A stretch of 32,000 nt of DNA from Opitutia bacterium KCR 482 (GTDB taxonomy: Bacteria; Verrucomicrobiota; Verrucomicrobiia; Opitutales; Intestinicryptomonadaceae). A program made the translations under genes and the position numbers. The notes under the pieces are model-generated. The model searched no databases, had not been told where the DNA came from, and was given only the letters and a program-made list of their open reading frames with translations. This document shows, piece by piece, positions 18,264 through 26,653 of the stretch (the first letter of the stretch is position 1; each line of letters begins with the position of its first letter). Location of the stretch: NCBI GenBank assembly GCA_029269845.2, contig CP149973.1:1650001-1682000 (forward strand), in the 5' to 3' direction.

Positions 18264-19571
18264 CTACAAAAGCCTTTCGAGCCGCGCGGCAACGCGTTCG
18301 CGCCCGATTTTTCCGACGATTTCCGCGAGCGCGAGCCTGTTTTTCAGCCCGCTTTGGGGAATGTTTACGGCAACCTGCATGTAGTTGTCGGTGTAGCCGA
18401 GGTAGTCGCCGTTGGCGAGCCTGTTTTCGAGCAGGACTTCGCGGATTTTCCCGACGTTTTTTTCGGCGAATTTCGACCTTATTTCCTCCGCCGTTTTCCG
18501 CAGTTCCGCGGCTCTCGCCTTGCGGATTTCCGCCGGTACCTGCCCGTCCATGACCGCCGCGAGCGTTTTGGGGCGCGGCGAGAACGTGAAGACGTGCGCG
18601 TACGCCATGCCCGAAGAGAGCAGGCGCGACTTCGTCAGGGCGAAGTCCTCTTCGGACTCGCGCGGGTGTCCGCAGATTAGGTCGGTGCCCACCGCGATGT
18701 ATTCCGACTTGTTGCGGATTTTTTCGAGCGTGGCGGCGAACTCCGCGTAGGCGTATTTTCTGCGCATTGCCGAAAGCACGTTGTCGGAAAGGCTCTGCGA
18801 CGATATGTGCAGGTGCGGCGCGAGCTTGTGCGAAGAATCCGCCATGCGTTCGAGAAGCGCGTCAAGTTCGAAGTGCGGCGGCTCGATGCTGCCGAGGCGC
18901 AGGCGCAGAAGTTCGGGGATTTTGTCGAGCCTGTCTGCGAGGTCGGCGAGCCCGCCCTCTGGCGACGAAAATTTTGCGATGTTTATTCCAGTAAGAATTA
19001 TCTCGCGCACGCCGCGCGAGACGAGGTTTTCGGCGTCGCGCACTATGTCGCCGAAAGCCCTGCTTCGGGGCAGCCCGCGTGCGCGGGGAATTATGCAGTA
19101 GGCGCAGGCGTTGTCGCAGCCGTCCTGAATTTTGAGGTTCATGCGGTCGTCTAGCGGCGTGTTTCCGCGCGACGCTTCGGGGCTTGCGGGCAGGGCGGAA
19201 TCGGAAAGCACAAGCGGCTCTTCGGCGGGCGGGTATCTTTTTATAATCTCCGCGGCGCGGGCTTTGAGCGCGTTGCAGACAACCCATTTCACGTTGGGAA
19301 GCTCCGCTATTTTGTGCGGGTCGGTCTGCGCGTAGCAGCCGCTTACGGCGATGGCGCAGTGCGGGTTGGCGCGGGCGAAAATGCGTATCGCCTGTCGCGT
19401 CTTAGCTTCGGCAAGCACGGTCAGGGCGCATGAGTTTACAACGCCGAAATCGGCCGGCTCGTCCCAGCCGACGACTTCGAAGCCGCATTCCCGCGCGGAG
19501 TCGGCAATCGCCGCCGATTCGTAGTGGTTTACGCGGCAGCCGAGCGTAAAGATTGCAATTTTTTGCGACAT
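18264..19571 (-). CDS. mtaB: Radical-SAM methylthiotransferase, MtaB-like (tRNA ms2t6A37 type)
   Basis: ATG at 19571 gives MSQKIAIFTLGCRVNHYES (MTTase N-terminal Cys motif, MtaB-like). Radical-SAM cluster motif DGCDNACAYCIIP. C-terminal TRAM-like region GKIREVLLE..YLGYTDNYMQV. The upstream extension to 19685 is basic junk overlapping queC. Confidence 0.82.
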   Translation of the reverse strand: MSQKIAIFTLGCRVNHYESAAIADSARECGFEVVGWDEPADFGVVNSCALTVLAEAKTRQAIRIFARANPHCAIAVSGCYAQTDPHKIAELPNVKWVVCNALKARAAEIIKRYPPAEEPLVLSDSALPASPEASRGNTPLDDRMNLKIQDGCDNACAYCIIPRARGLPRSRAFGDIVRDAENLVSRGVREIILTGINIAKFSSPEGGLADLADRLDKIPELLRLRLGSIEPPHFELDALLERMADSSHKLAPHLHISSQSLSDNVLSAMRRKYAYAEFAATLEKIRNKSEYIAVGTDLICGHPRESEEDFALTKSRLLSSGMAYAHVFTFSPRPKTLAAVMDGQVPAEIRKARAAELRKTAEEIRSKFAEKNVGKIREVLLENRLANGDYLGYTDNYMQVAVNIPQSGLKNRLALAEIVGKIGRERVAARLERLL

Positions 19572-19573
19572 CG

Positions 19574-20224
19574 CTATTCGTACACGGTGGGGTCTGGCAC
19601 GCCGGCAAGCTCGAAAGCCTCGCGGCGTTCGGTGCATGTTCCGCATTTTCCGCAGTGGAATTTTCCGCCCTTGTAGCACGACCACGTTCTGGCGAAATCG
19701 ACGCCAAGCTCCGCGCCGAGTTTTACGATGTCCGCCTTTGTCATATCGACGAACGGGCGTTCGAGCCTAATCGGCTCGTAGTGGCAGAGGTGCAGGACGC
19801 CGTCGAGGGCGTCGGCGAATTCGTTTCGGCAGTCGGGGTAGATTGCGTGGTCTCCGCTGTGGGCGGCGTACGCCACGGAGTCCGTCCCAATCGCGATTGC
19901 GCGGGCGGCGGCGACCGCCACGAGAATCATGTTCCTGTTGGGAACGACCGTCGTCTTCATGTTTTCGTCGGCATATCCTCCCTCCGGAACTTCGACCGAC
20001 TTTTGCGTCAGGGCGTTGTCGCCGAAAAGCGGTTGCAGGGCGGAGAGGTCGGCGATGTCGAGCTTTACGCCGAGCTTTTCGCAGTTGAATTTTGCGCATT
20101 CAAGCTCCCGCGCGTGCCGCTGTCCGTAGTTTACCCACAGCGCGCCGTCGGCGCGGTTTTCAGCCGCGAGCTTGTGCAAAAGCACGGTGGAGTCCAAGCC
20201 CCCCGAATATACAATCAATGCCAT
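19574..20224 (-). CDS. queC: 7-cyano-7-deazaguanine synthase
   Basis: ATG 20224 gives [16 protein letters not shown] (PP-loop). Also [10 protein letters not shown] and the zinc-binding C-terminus [21 protein letters not shown]. Its stop is 2 nt from the mtaB start, so the two probably form one operon. Confidence 0.92.
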   Translation of the reverse strand: MALIVYSGGLDSTVLLHKLAAENRADGALWVNYGQRHARELECAKFNCEKLGVKLDIADLSALQPLFGDNALTQKSVEVPEGGYADENMKTTVVPNRNMILVAVAAARAIAIGTDSVAYAAHSGDHAIYPDCRNEFADALDGVLHLCHYEPIRLERPFVDMTKADIVKLGAELGVDFARTWSCYKGGKFHCGKCGTCTERREAFELAGVPDPTVYE

Positions 20225-20290
20225 TGTTAGAGAATTATTAAATTGCATTAGACTATTATTTTTGCCAAATTCAACGCCAAATTTTATTTT

Positions 20291-22042
20291 ATGGGTACCG
20301 TATTCCAGATAATCGGCAGCTTGGGTTTGTTCCTCTTCGGAATGAAATTAATGAGCGACGGCTTGCAAAAGCTTTCGGGCGAACGTTTGCGCGAGGTCAT
20401 GCGCAAGATGACGGGCAACCGCTTCTACGGGCTCTTTTCGGGGACGTTCATTACCATGACCGTCCAAAGCTCGACAGTGACGACCGTGATGGTGGTAAGC
20501 TTCGTCAACGCGGGTCTGCTTACCCTGCGCGAGGCAATCGGCGTGATAATGGGCGCGAACTTGGGCACGACGACCACCGCGTGGCTTATCGCGATTTTGG
20601 GCTTCAAGTTCTCTCTTGCCGACATTGCGCTGCCGATTATCGGCGTGGGCGTTGTGGTCTCGTTCTGCAAGCGGGCTGGCTGGCGAAGCGCGGGCGAATT
20701 TCTGGTAGGCTTCGGACTGCTGTTCATGGGGCTTGAATACCTCAAAAATGCAGTGCCCGACATTCAGTCGCACTCCGAGGTGTTGGAGTGGATTCGCGAA
20801 TACTCCAACATGGGCTTCCTTTCGGTCCTGCTCTTCTTGGCGTTCGGGGTGATTCTTACTCTTGTGGTGCAGTCGTCGGCTGTGGCAATCGCGATTACAA
20901 TTACGATGGCGGCAAAGGGCTGGATTACCCTCGACCTCGCCGCGGCAATCGTCTTGGGCGAAAACATCGGCACAACCATGACCGCGCTTGTGGCGGCAAT
21001 TCCCGCGAGCCTTAGCGGCAAACGCGCGGCGATTGCCCACCTGCTTTTCAACGTGCTGGGCGTTGTCTGGATGCTTGCGGTGTTCTACTGGTTTGTGGAT
21101 TTCATCTGCTGGCTCGTCCCCGCGGCGGGCACTCCCGCGGCGGAAACGCTCAGAGCCATGAGCATTACGGATTTCGATTCGCTCACGGGCGCGGCACGCG
21201 ACGCCGCCCTCGAAAAAGTGGCGATTCCCGCGCGGCTTGCGATGTTCCACACAATGTTCAACCTCACCAACATTTGCGTGCTGATTGGCTTCGTTCCGCA
21301 GATAGAGAAAATCGCGTGCTGGATTATCAAGGGCGGGGCGGGCTACAAGCACCGCACGGCTTTGCAGCGCATAGAATACCTTACGTCGAACGTCTCCGAA
21401 ATGGGCGAGCTTGCGCTCTTCGAGGGGCAGAAGGAGCTTGTGAAGCTCGCGGAGCTTTCGGGCGAAATGTTCAACGGCTTCGTCTATGTGATTCAGAATC
21501 CCGACAAGGATTTAAGCTCGGAGGTCGCCCGTTTGCGCGACTTGGAGGAGGAGTCCGACAAGCTCTCGATTGCCCTCACAAACTTTTTCGTCAAGTGTTC
21601 CGCGCACGATCTCAGCCAAAACAGCATAAAAATCGTCACAAGGAACATGATTATCGTCCCCGAGTTGGAGGAAATGTGCGACTCCTGCTACCGTCTCATC
21701 ACTCTTGCCCGCAAACGCTACCGCAAGCAGTTCTTCGACGAAATGCTCAAATCGCAGGTCTTTATGGAGTTCTGCGCCGAGATGAACAAGTTTGTGCAGT
21801 TTGCGGATACAAGCCTGAATTCGCGCGAAATCAGCGCGGCCGACTTGGACAGCTCGCTTAAAATGCGCGAAAAGCTCGACTTGGGGCGCAAGGCTCTTCG
21901 CCGCGAGGCTATCCGCCAGATGGAGTCCACGGGCGTTACGCGCGGCGGCATTCTGTTTATCGAAATTCTTTCGGCGTGCGAGCGCGTGAACTCGCACGCG
22001 ATGAACATTCTCGAAGCAATGAACCCCCGCGCGGGGCAGTAG
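20291..22042 (+). CDS. Na+/phosphate cotransporter family protein (NptA/YjbB type with PhoU-like C-terminal domain)
   Basis: N-terminus [28 protein letters not shown] and the block [20 protein letters not shown] are repeated in the second half ([17 protein letters not shown]). A soluble helical C-terminal half follows, as in this family. Confidence 0.88.
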   Translation: MGTVFQIIGSLGLFLFGMKLMSDGLQKLSGERLREVMRKMTGNRFYGLFSGTFITMTVQSSTVTTVMVVSFVNAGLLTLREAIGVIMGANLGTTTTAWLIAILGFKFSLADIALPIIGVGVVVSFCKRAGWRSAGEFLVGFGLLFMGLEYLKNAVPDIQSHSEVLEWIREYSNMGFLSVLLFLAFGVILTLVVQSSAVAIAITITMAAKGWITLDLAAAIVLGENIGTTMTALVAAIPASLSGKRAAIAHLLFNVLGVVWMLAVFYWFVDFICWLVPAAGTPAAETLRAMSITDFDSLTGAARDAALEKVAIPARLAMFHTMFNLTNICVLIGFVPQIEKIACWIIKGGAGYKHRTALQRIEYLTSNVSEMGELALFEGQKELVKLAELSGEMFNGFVYVIQNPDKDLSSEVARLRDLEEESDKLSIALTNFFVKCSAHDLSQNSIKIVTRNMIIVPELEEMCDSCYRLITLARKRYRKQFFDEMLKSQVFMEFCAEMNKFVQFADTSLNSREISAADLDSSLKMREKLDLGRKALRREAIRQMESTGVTRGGILFIEILSACERVNSHAMNILEAMNPRAGQ

Positions 22043-22088
22043 CTTTTTTTGCGAAACTTTTTTGTGCGCCGCGCGTTTACCCCTTTAT

Positions 22089-23135
22089 ATGGCGGACAAA
22101 ATCATATTTGCCGACGACGGCGCGTTTTTTGCGAAGACGCTCGACGCGCCCGAATCGCTTTCCGACGCCGATTTGCGCGGCTTCGTCGAAACGTGGGTCG
22201 AGACAAACTCGCCCATGCCCGCCGAGCGCATGCGCACGGGCTTTTTGCGCGTTGGCGGCAGGGTGCACGTTTTTTCGGGCTTGGCCGAGCGCGTCTTTGC
22301 GGGGCTTGACGGCGCGGAGGCGGAGTCTCCCGTGGTCGCGCCCGCGTCGCTGCTGCCGTTGTGCGGGGTGTCCGACGGCTTCGCGCTTGTGCGCTCGCCG
22401 AGCTGTATTTCGATTGCCGAATTTTCCGATGGGGCGATTGTCTCTTTGTGCTCCCGCAAAAATTCGGGGGACGCGTCCGCCGACATTGCCGCGCTTCGTG
22501 CGGAATCGGGTTCAGCGGGCGGCGGGCGAATGTTTGTCGTTTCCGACGGGCTTGTGTCGGAATTCGACGGGGAAGGCTCTCTTTTGTCGGGCGCGGCAGT
22601 TCCGAAAGCCGTGTTCCGCATTCCCGAAAAGGCTCTCGCGACCCTCGACGTGCGCGACGCCGAAATCGTCCGCGCGTTCGCAAAAAAACGCCGCGCCGAA
22701 CGGCTGAAATCGGCGTGTCTGCGGCTTGTCCCGCTTGCGTTCGCGCTCCTGCTCTTGGGGCAGATTGCGCTGTGGTTCGGGGAGTGCGGGGTGTCGCGCA
22801 TGGCGGCTGAATTTGCGGAAATAGAGCCGCAGGCGAAGGAGATAGAGTCTCGCGCGGAGCGGCTTGCGGAGCTTCGCAGATTTTCGCGCAAAAAGCTCCG
22901 CGCGGTGGAGTCGCTCGCGCTGCTCAATGCCGACCGTCCCGAAAAGGTGCGGTTTTTGCGCTACACGCAGACTTCGCCGAATTCCGCGGAAATACGCGGC
23001 TATGCGGCGACGATAGGCGAGACTAACGCATATCTCGACGCCCTCAAAAAGAATCCCGCTGTTGCCTCCGCCGAGCTTAAATCGGAGACTTCGCGCGGCG
23101 AGGCAAAATTCGTTCTCGGCGTGGTTTTGAAATGA
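22089..23135 (+). CDS. Hypothetical bitopic protein with GspL-like / PilN-like architecture
   Basis: ATG 22089 (MADKIIFADDG). About 215-aa cytoplasmic domain, basic stop-transfer KKRRAERLK, and the TM LRLVPLAFALLLLGQIALWF. Then a heptad-like stretch (AEIEPQAKEIESRAERLAELRRF) and a small C-terminal alpha/beta domain (IRGYAATIGETNAYLDALKKNPAVASAELKSE..FVLGVVLK), as seen in PilN/GspL periplasmic domains. The call rests on architecture only. Confidence 0.45.
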   Translation: MADKIIFADDGAFFAKTLDAPESLSDADLRGFVETWVETNSPMPAERMRTGFLRVGGRVHVFSGLAERVFAGLDGAEAESPVVAPASLLPLCGVSDGFALVRSPSCISIAEFSDGAIVSLCSRKNSGDASADIAALRAESGSAGGGRMFVVSDGLVSEFDGEGSLLSGAAVPKAVFRIPEKALATLDVRDAEIVRAFAKKRRAERLKSACLRLVPLAFALLLLGQIALWFGECGVSRMAAEFAEIEPQAKEIESRAERLAELRRFSRKKLRAVESLALLNADRPEKVRFLRYTQTSPNSAEIRGYAATIGETNAYLDALKKNPAVASAELKSETSRGEAKFVLGVVLK

Positions 23136-23659
23136 AAAAATTTTTCGACAAACTAAATCCCCGCGAGCGCTTGCTGCTCTGCTGTGTGGCGGCGGTCGCC
23201 GCGTTCGGCTGGCTCTCATACCAAACAAAGGGCTTTGCCCGCGCCGATTCGGAGCGTTCGACGCTTGCGGCGCGAATCAAAACCGCAAAAACCGTCGTCG
23301 GAATGTCGGGCGAAATCTCGCGCGAGCTTGACGGCATTCTCGCGTCTTTCGACGTAAACAAAACCCTTGCGCCGCTTGCCTTGCAGCTCGAAACCGAAAA
23401 GTGCGCCCGCGCCGCCGCGCTTGAATACTCGCTTTCGAACGTGTCGGAAAGGGACGCGGGGCGTTTTAAAATCAACACGATTACGCTTTCGTGCCGCCGC
23501 GCCGACTTAGGCAAGCTTGCCGACTTCGAAGCGGAAATGCGCAAGCTCGAACCCTATGCTACGTTCTCGAAAGCCGTTTTCGACAGCAATTCCGAGGGCG
23601 AAATTTCGGCAAAATACGAAATTTCATCGTTCGAGTTCGGCTCTCAGAAGAAAAAATAG
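23132..23659 (+). CDS. Hypothetical small bitopic protein, GspM-like / PilO-like
   Basis: Start overlaps the upstream stop (ATGA). The N-terminus KLNPRERLLLCCVAAVAAFGWLSY resembles the L.PRER.LL plus TM opening typical of T2SS protein M. Size (175 aa) and position after an L-like gene fit. Confidence 0.45.
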   Translation: MKKFFDKLNPRERLLLCCVAAVAAFGWLSYQTKGFARADSERSTLAARIKTAKTVVGMSGEISRELDGILASFDVNKTLAPLALQLETEKCARAAALEYSLSNVSERDAGRFKINTITLSCRRADLGKLADFEAEMRKLEPYATFSKAVFDSNSEGEISAKYEISSFEFGSQKKK

Positions 23660-23681
23660 CTTTGCGTGTTTTTTGCGGCGC

Positions 23682-23890
23682 GCTTAGCCCGCCTGCCTAC
23701 GGCTTTTGCGGCTTACCCCGCCTTATCGTCGGTCAGCCCGCCCACAAAGGAATTTGCGTCGGTCAGCCCGCCTGCAATGGAATTTGCGTCGGTCAGCCCG
23801 CCTGCAATGGAATTTGCGTCGGTCAGCCCGCCTGCAATGGAATTTGCGTCGTGCTTAGCCCGCCGCTAATTTGGCAATTTGCTTCAAGTC
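23682..23890. repeat. 30-bp tandem array (4 tight copies at 23728..23847 plus degenerate flanking copies) filling the convergent intergenic region
   Basis: GGTCAGCCCG recurs at 23731, 23761, 23791 and 23821. Copies 2-4 are identical (GTCGGTCAGCCCGCCTGCAATGGAATTTGC); copy 1 differs in the middle (CCACAAAGG). Degenerate relatives containing AGCCCGCC or ACCCCGCC lie at 23682..23727 and at 23848..23885. The latter is the 3' end of the minus-strand synthetase gene. Confidence 0.9.
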
Positions 23891-25483
23891 GAGCTTGCCG
23901 CTGGGCAAAAGCGGGATTTTCTCTACTTTTACCAGATATTTCGGCTGCCAAAGGTTGCTAATGCCCGCGTTTCGGAGCGCGTCTTTTGCCTGCGCAAGTG
24001 TGATGTCGGTTGCGGCAAGCAGCACGAGTGCTTCGCCCTTGCCCTCGTCGAGCCTCGACGACACCGCAATCAGCGGAATGTCGGAGTCGGCAAGTTTTAG
24101 TTCCGCGTTGAGCGCAGCCTCTACCGTAGCGTGCGGCACCATTTCGCCGCCGATTTTCGAGAAGCGCGACACGCGCCCGTCTATATAAAGAAAGCCGTCT
24201 GGGTCCATCCGCGAGAGGTCGCCCGTAATCAGCCAGCCGTTTTGCAGTGCGGCGTCGGTCGCGGGTTTGTTGTCGAGGTATCCCGTAAAAATGTTCGGGC
24301 CTTCGAGCGCAAGCAGCCCCTGTTCGCCGAACGGCATTTCTTTGAGCGTTGCGGGGTGCAGTATTTTCGCCCGCATTCCCGGGAAAAGCTTGCCTATCGA
24401 GCCTTTGCGGTTGCCAGTCGAAAAGTATCCGAAGTCCCTCTCGGGCTGGTTGACGCCAACCACGGGCGACGCCTCCGTCAGTCCGTAGCCTTCAAGGTAC
24501 GTTTCGCCGAACGCCGCGTTCCACATTTCGTGGAAGCCTTTGGGCGTTTTTTCCGCGCCGGCAATCGCCATTTTGACGGTTTTCATGTCGTCGGGCGCGG
24601 CGTGTTTTAAATATGCGCGGAAGAAAGTGGGGCTGCCGATTATCGCGGTGATTCCGATTTCCCTCACGGCGCGGATATTGTTTTTGACGTCGAGCGGGCT
24701 GTGGAGGGTTGTCGTTTTCTGCCCGTGCGCCGCCATGTACCACGCCTCGAAAAGGAGTCCGAAACTGTGGAAAATGGGAAGGTTCGCAAGAAGAATGTCG
24801 TCTTTGCCGAACAGCCCGATGAGTTTTGTTTGAAGGCAGTTGGCGATTATGTTGCGCTCGGTGAGGATTGCCGCTTTCGGAGAGCCTTCGCTTCCGCTTG
24901 TGAAAACGAGCGTCGCCTCCCTTTCGTTGTCGCCGAATTTCGGTATTCCGTGCAGTTTTGCGAAGCCGTCCGCGCCCAGTTTTACGGATTCGGCGATTTC
25001 GTCGATTTCAGCCTGCGGAATTTCGTCGAGCAGTTTTTGCGCGTCGATTGTGTTTTCGCTCCACGGGAACTGCGGGTTTGCCTTTGCGATTTTTGCCCTG
25101 AAAAATTCCGACGTAATCGATGTTTCGATTTTCGCCGTCTCGAAGCAGCTCTTCGCCGCGACGGGGCCAAGCGTGAAATTGATGTTTACCGGTCTCACCC
25201 CCGCGAATACGCACGCGTAGTTTACCACGAACGCTATTTGCGACGGCGCGAGCGCGACCGCCACCCTGTCTTTTAGACCGAGCTTTGCGAAGCGGCGGGA
25301 GAGGGCGACCGATTGGGCGAGAATTTCGGCGGCGGAGTACTTTTTTGCGCCTCCCGAAAAGTCGCATAAAAGCCAGTCGGTATGCGATTCGCAAAGCCCC
25401 TTGGCGACGGTGTATGCCAGCGTGCATTTCAGTTCGGGGCGTTTTGCGAACTCCTCGAAGCCCATGTCGAGCGTATATAACAT
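23855..25483 (-). CDS. AMP-dependent synthetase/ligase (acyl-CoA or acyl-ACP synthetase, Aas-like adenylation domain)
   Basis: AMP-binding motif LVFTSGSEGSPKAA (TSGSTGxPK type), then GYGLTEASPV, WLITGDLSRMDPDGFLYIDGRVSRFSKIGGEMV and LPSGKLD at the C-terminus. RFSKIGGEMV resembles the Aas-type acyl-ACP synthetase block. Confidence 0.88.
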   Translation of the reverse strand: MLYTLDMGFEEFAKRPELKCTLAYTVAKGLCESHTDWLLCDFSGGAKKYSAAEILAQSVALSRRFAKLGLKDRVAVALAPSQIAFVVNYACVFAGVRPVNINFTLGPVAAKSCFETAKIETSITSEFFRAKIAKANPQFPWSENTIDAQKLLDEIPQAEIDEIAESVKLGADGFAKLHGIPKFGDNEREATLVFTSGSEGSPKAAILTERNIIANCLQTKLIGLFGKDDILLANLPIFHSFGLLFEAWYMAAHGQKTTTLHSPLDVKNNIRAVREIGITAIIGSPTFFRAYLKHAAPDDMKTVKMAIAGAEKTPKGFHEMWNAAFGETYLEGYGLTEASPVVGVNQPERDFGYFSTGNRKGSIGKLFPGMRAKILHPATLKEMPFGEQGLLALEGPNIFTGYLDNKPATDAALQNGWLITGDLSRMDPDGFLYIDGRVSRFSKIGGEMVPHATVEAALNAELKLADSDIPLIAVSSRLDEGKGEALVLLAATDITLAQAKDALRNAGISNLWQPKYLVKVEKIPLLPSGKLDLKQIAKLAAG

Positions 25484-25501
25484 GCGTCCGTTTTTAGGGC
25501 G

Positions 25502-26557
25502 CTATTTGCGCCTGTCAACACTATTGCATTTTGCGCGGCACTTTTGGAACACGGCTTTGCGCGGGCGCGCGCGGTTCGGCTCGGGTTGCCCGTTTTCGCG
25601 CCGTTTGCGGTTTTTGCCCTCCCGCGCGGGGGAGGGCGCGTTTGCGCCGCGTTCGAGCAGGCGTTTGGGCGACGATCCGAAGCGCGTTTTGATTGCGTTT
25701 GAAAGCGAGTACGCGTCGGCGTAGCCGAACTTTTTTGCGCACGCTTTGAGCGTCGCCCCGCGGGCGTATTCTTCGAGTGCGGATTCGAGGCGGATTGTCC
25801 GCGCGGCTTGCGCGAATGTCGTTCCGCGGGCGCGTACAAATATTACGTCGAGCGTTTTTGTATCAAGCTTTTCGCGCTTGGCGGCTTTCGCGCGGGTGTG
25901 GGGCTTGGCGGGGCCTTTGCGGATTTTCTCCGAAATGGCGTCGGCGGCTTGGGTGTCGCGCTCCGTTTCGCTTTCGGAAATTTCGCGCCTGAGCGTTTCG
26001 GCGAGAACTTTCAGAATGTTCCGCAAATGCTCGCGGGAGGCGTGTTCGGAATACGCTTCGTCGGCGTACATCTGCGCGAGAGCCGCGATTTTCCCGAACT
26101 CCGCCGACTTCCCCGCCCTTTCTCTTGCGCCGACCAGCGCGTGCCACGGCGACTTCCGCGCGAATCTGAACCACAGCACCCGCGCCCCGCGCCCGCTTAC
26201 GGCGTCGCGGCAGACCGTACCCGCGGGGAGAATGAAAAATCCGCCGCGCCCGATTTTGAAGTCGCAGTTTTCGGTTTTTGCGCCGTATTTGCCGTCGAGG
26301 ACGAAAATCGCCTCGTCGGTTTCGGTTTCCTTTCGCATTATGTAGTATCCGCTGCGGTGGGTGGCAAACGCCGCGCCTTCAAGCCCGAACTCCGCGAAGA
26401 TTTCGGCGCGGGGATTTTTCGGGGCTTCTATTCCGCCCCTGTTGACGAAACGCGGCGGCATGTGTTTTGTGGGCTTCGAAAGGTATTTTATCTTGCTTTC
26501 GGCGGGCCACACCTGAATGCGGTCGGTCTTCGAGATTTTCCAGAGCTGTTTGGGCAT
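25502..26557 (-). CDS. AraC/XylS-family transcriptional regulator (cupin-like sensor plus HTH) with an unusually long basic C-terminal tail
   Basis: Cupin-like N-terminal half (FFILPAGTVCRD, VLWFRF). C-terminal AraC HTH block (ARTIRLESALEEYARGATLKACAKKFGYADAYSLSNAIKTRFGSSPKRL). ATG at 26557, with an alternative TTG at 26575. The stop is 18 nt upstream of the synthetase start on the same strand. Confidence 0.85.
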   Translation of the reverse strand: MPKQLWKISKTDRIQVWPAESKIKYLSKPTKHMPPRFVNRGGIEAPKNPRAEIFAEFGLEGAAFATHRSGYYIMRKETETDEAIFVLDGKYGAKTENCDFKIGRGGFFILPAGTVCRDAVSGRGARVLWFRFARKSPWHALVGARERAGKSAEFGKIAALAQMYADEAYSEHASREHLRNILKVLAETLRREISESETERDTQAADAISEKIRKGPAKPHTRAKAAKREKLDTKTLDVIFVRARGTTFAQAARTIRLESALEEYARGATLKACAKKFGYADAYSLSNAIKTRFGSSPKRLLERGANAPSPAREGKNRKRRENGQPEPNRARPRKAVFQKCRAKCNSVDRRK

Positions 26558-26653
26558 AATGAGATTTTTTTGCAAAAGATGTTGTTTTTATTAATTGAAT
26601 GCGCGTCGGTTTTCAAATAAAATGAAATTTTAAAATTTATCGAAAGGGGAAAC

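Noticed and set aside
20225-20290. preQ1 riboswitch upstream of queC (minus strand)
   Set aside because: The 66-nt AT-rich leader has no GC stem or pseudoknot-compatible pairing, and no CCC..A-rich tail arrangement resembling preQ1-I/II/III. The only structure is the GCCAAATT direct repeat.
23728-23847. Possible CRISPR array
   Set aside because: The 30-bp units are directly adjacent with no unique spacers, there are only four copies, and no cas genes are in the window. This is a plain tandem repeat.
23666-23869. 67-aa ORF encoding SVSPPAMEFA decapeptide repeats, and the overlapping 23491..23961 ORF with CVGQPACNGI repeats
   Set aside because: Both are by-products of a 30-bp (in-frame) tandem repeat in a convergent intergenic region. 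The first has a GTG start without an RBS, and the second overlaps two real genes. Coding cannot be excluded absolutely because the period is a multiple of 3.
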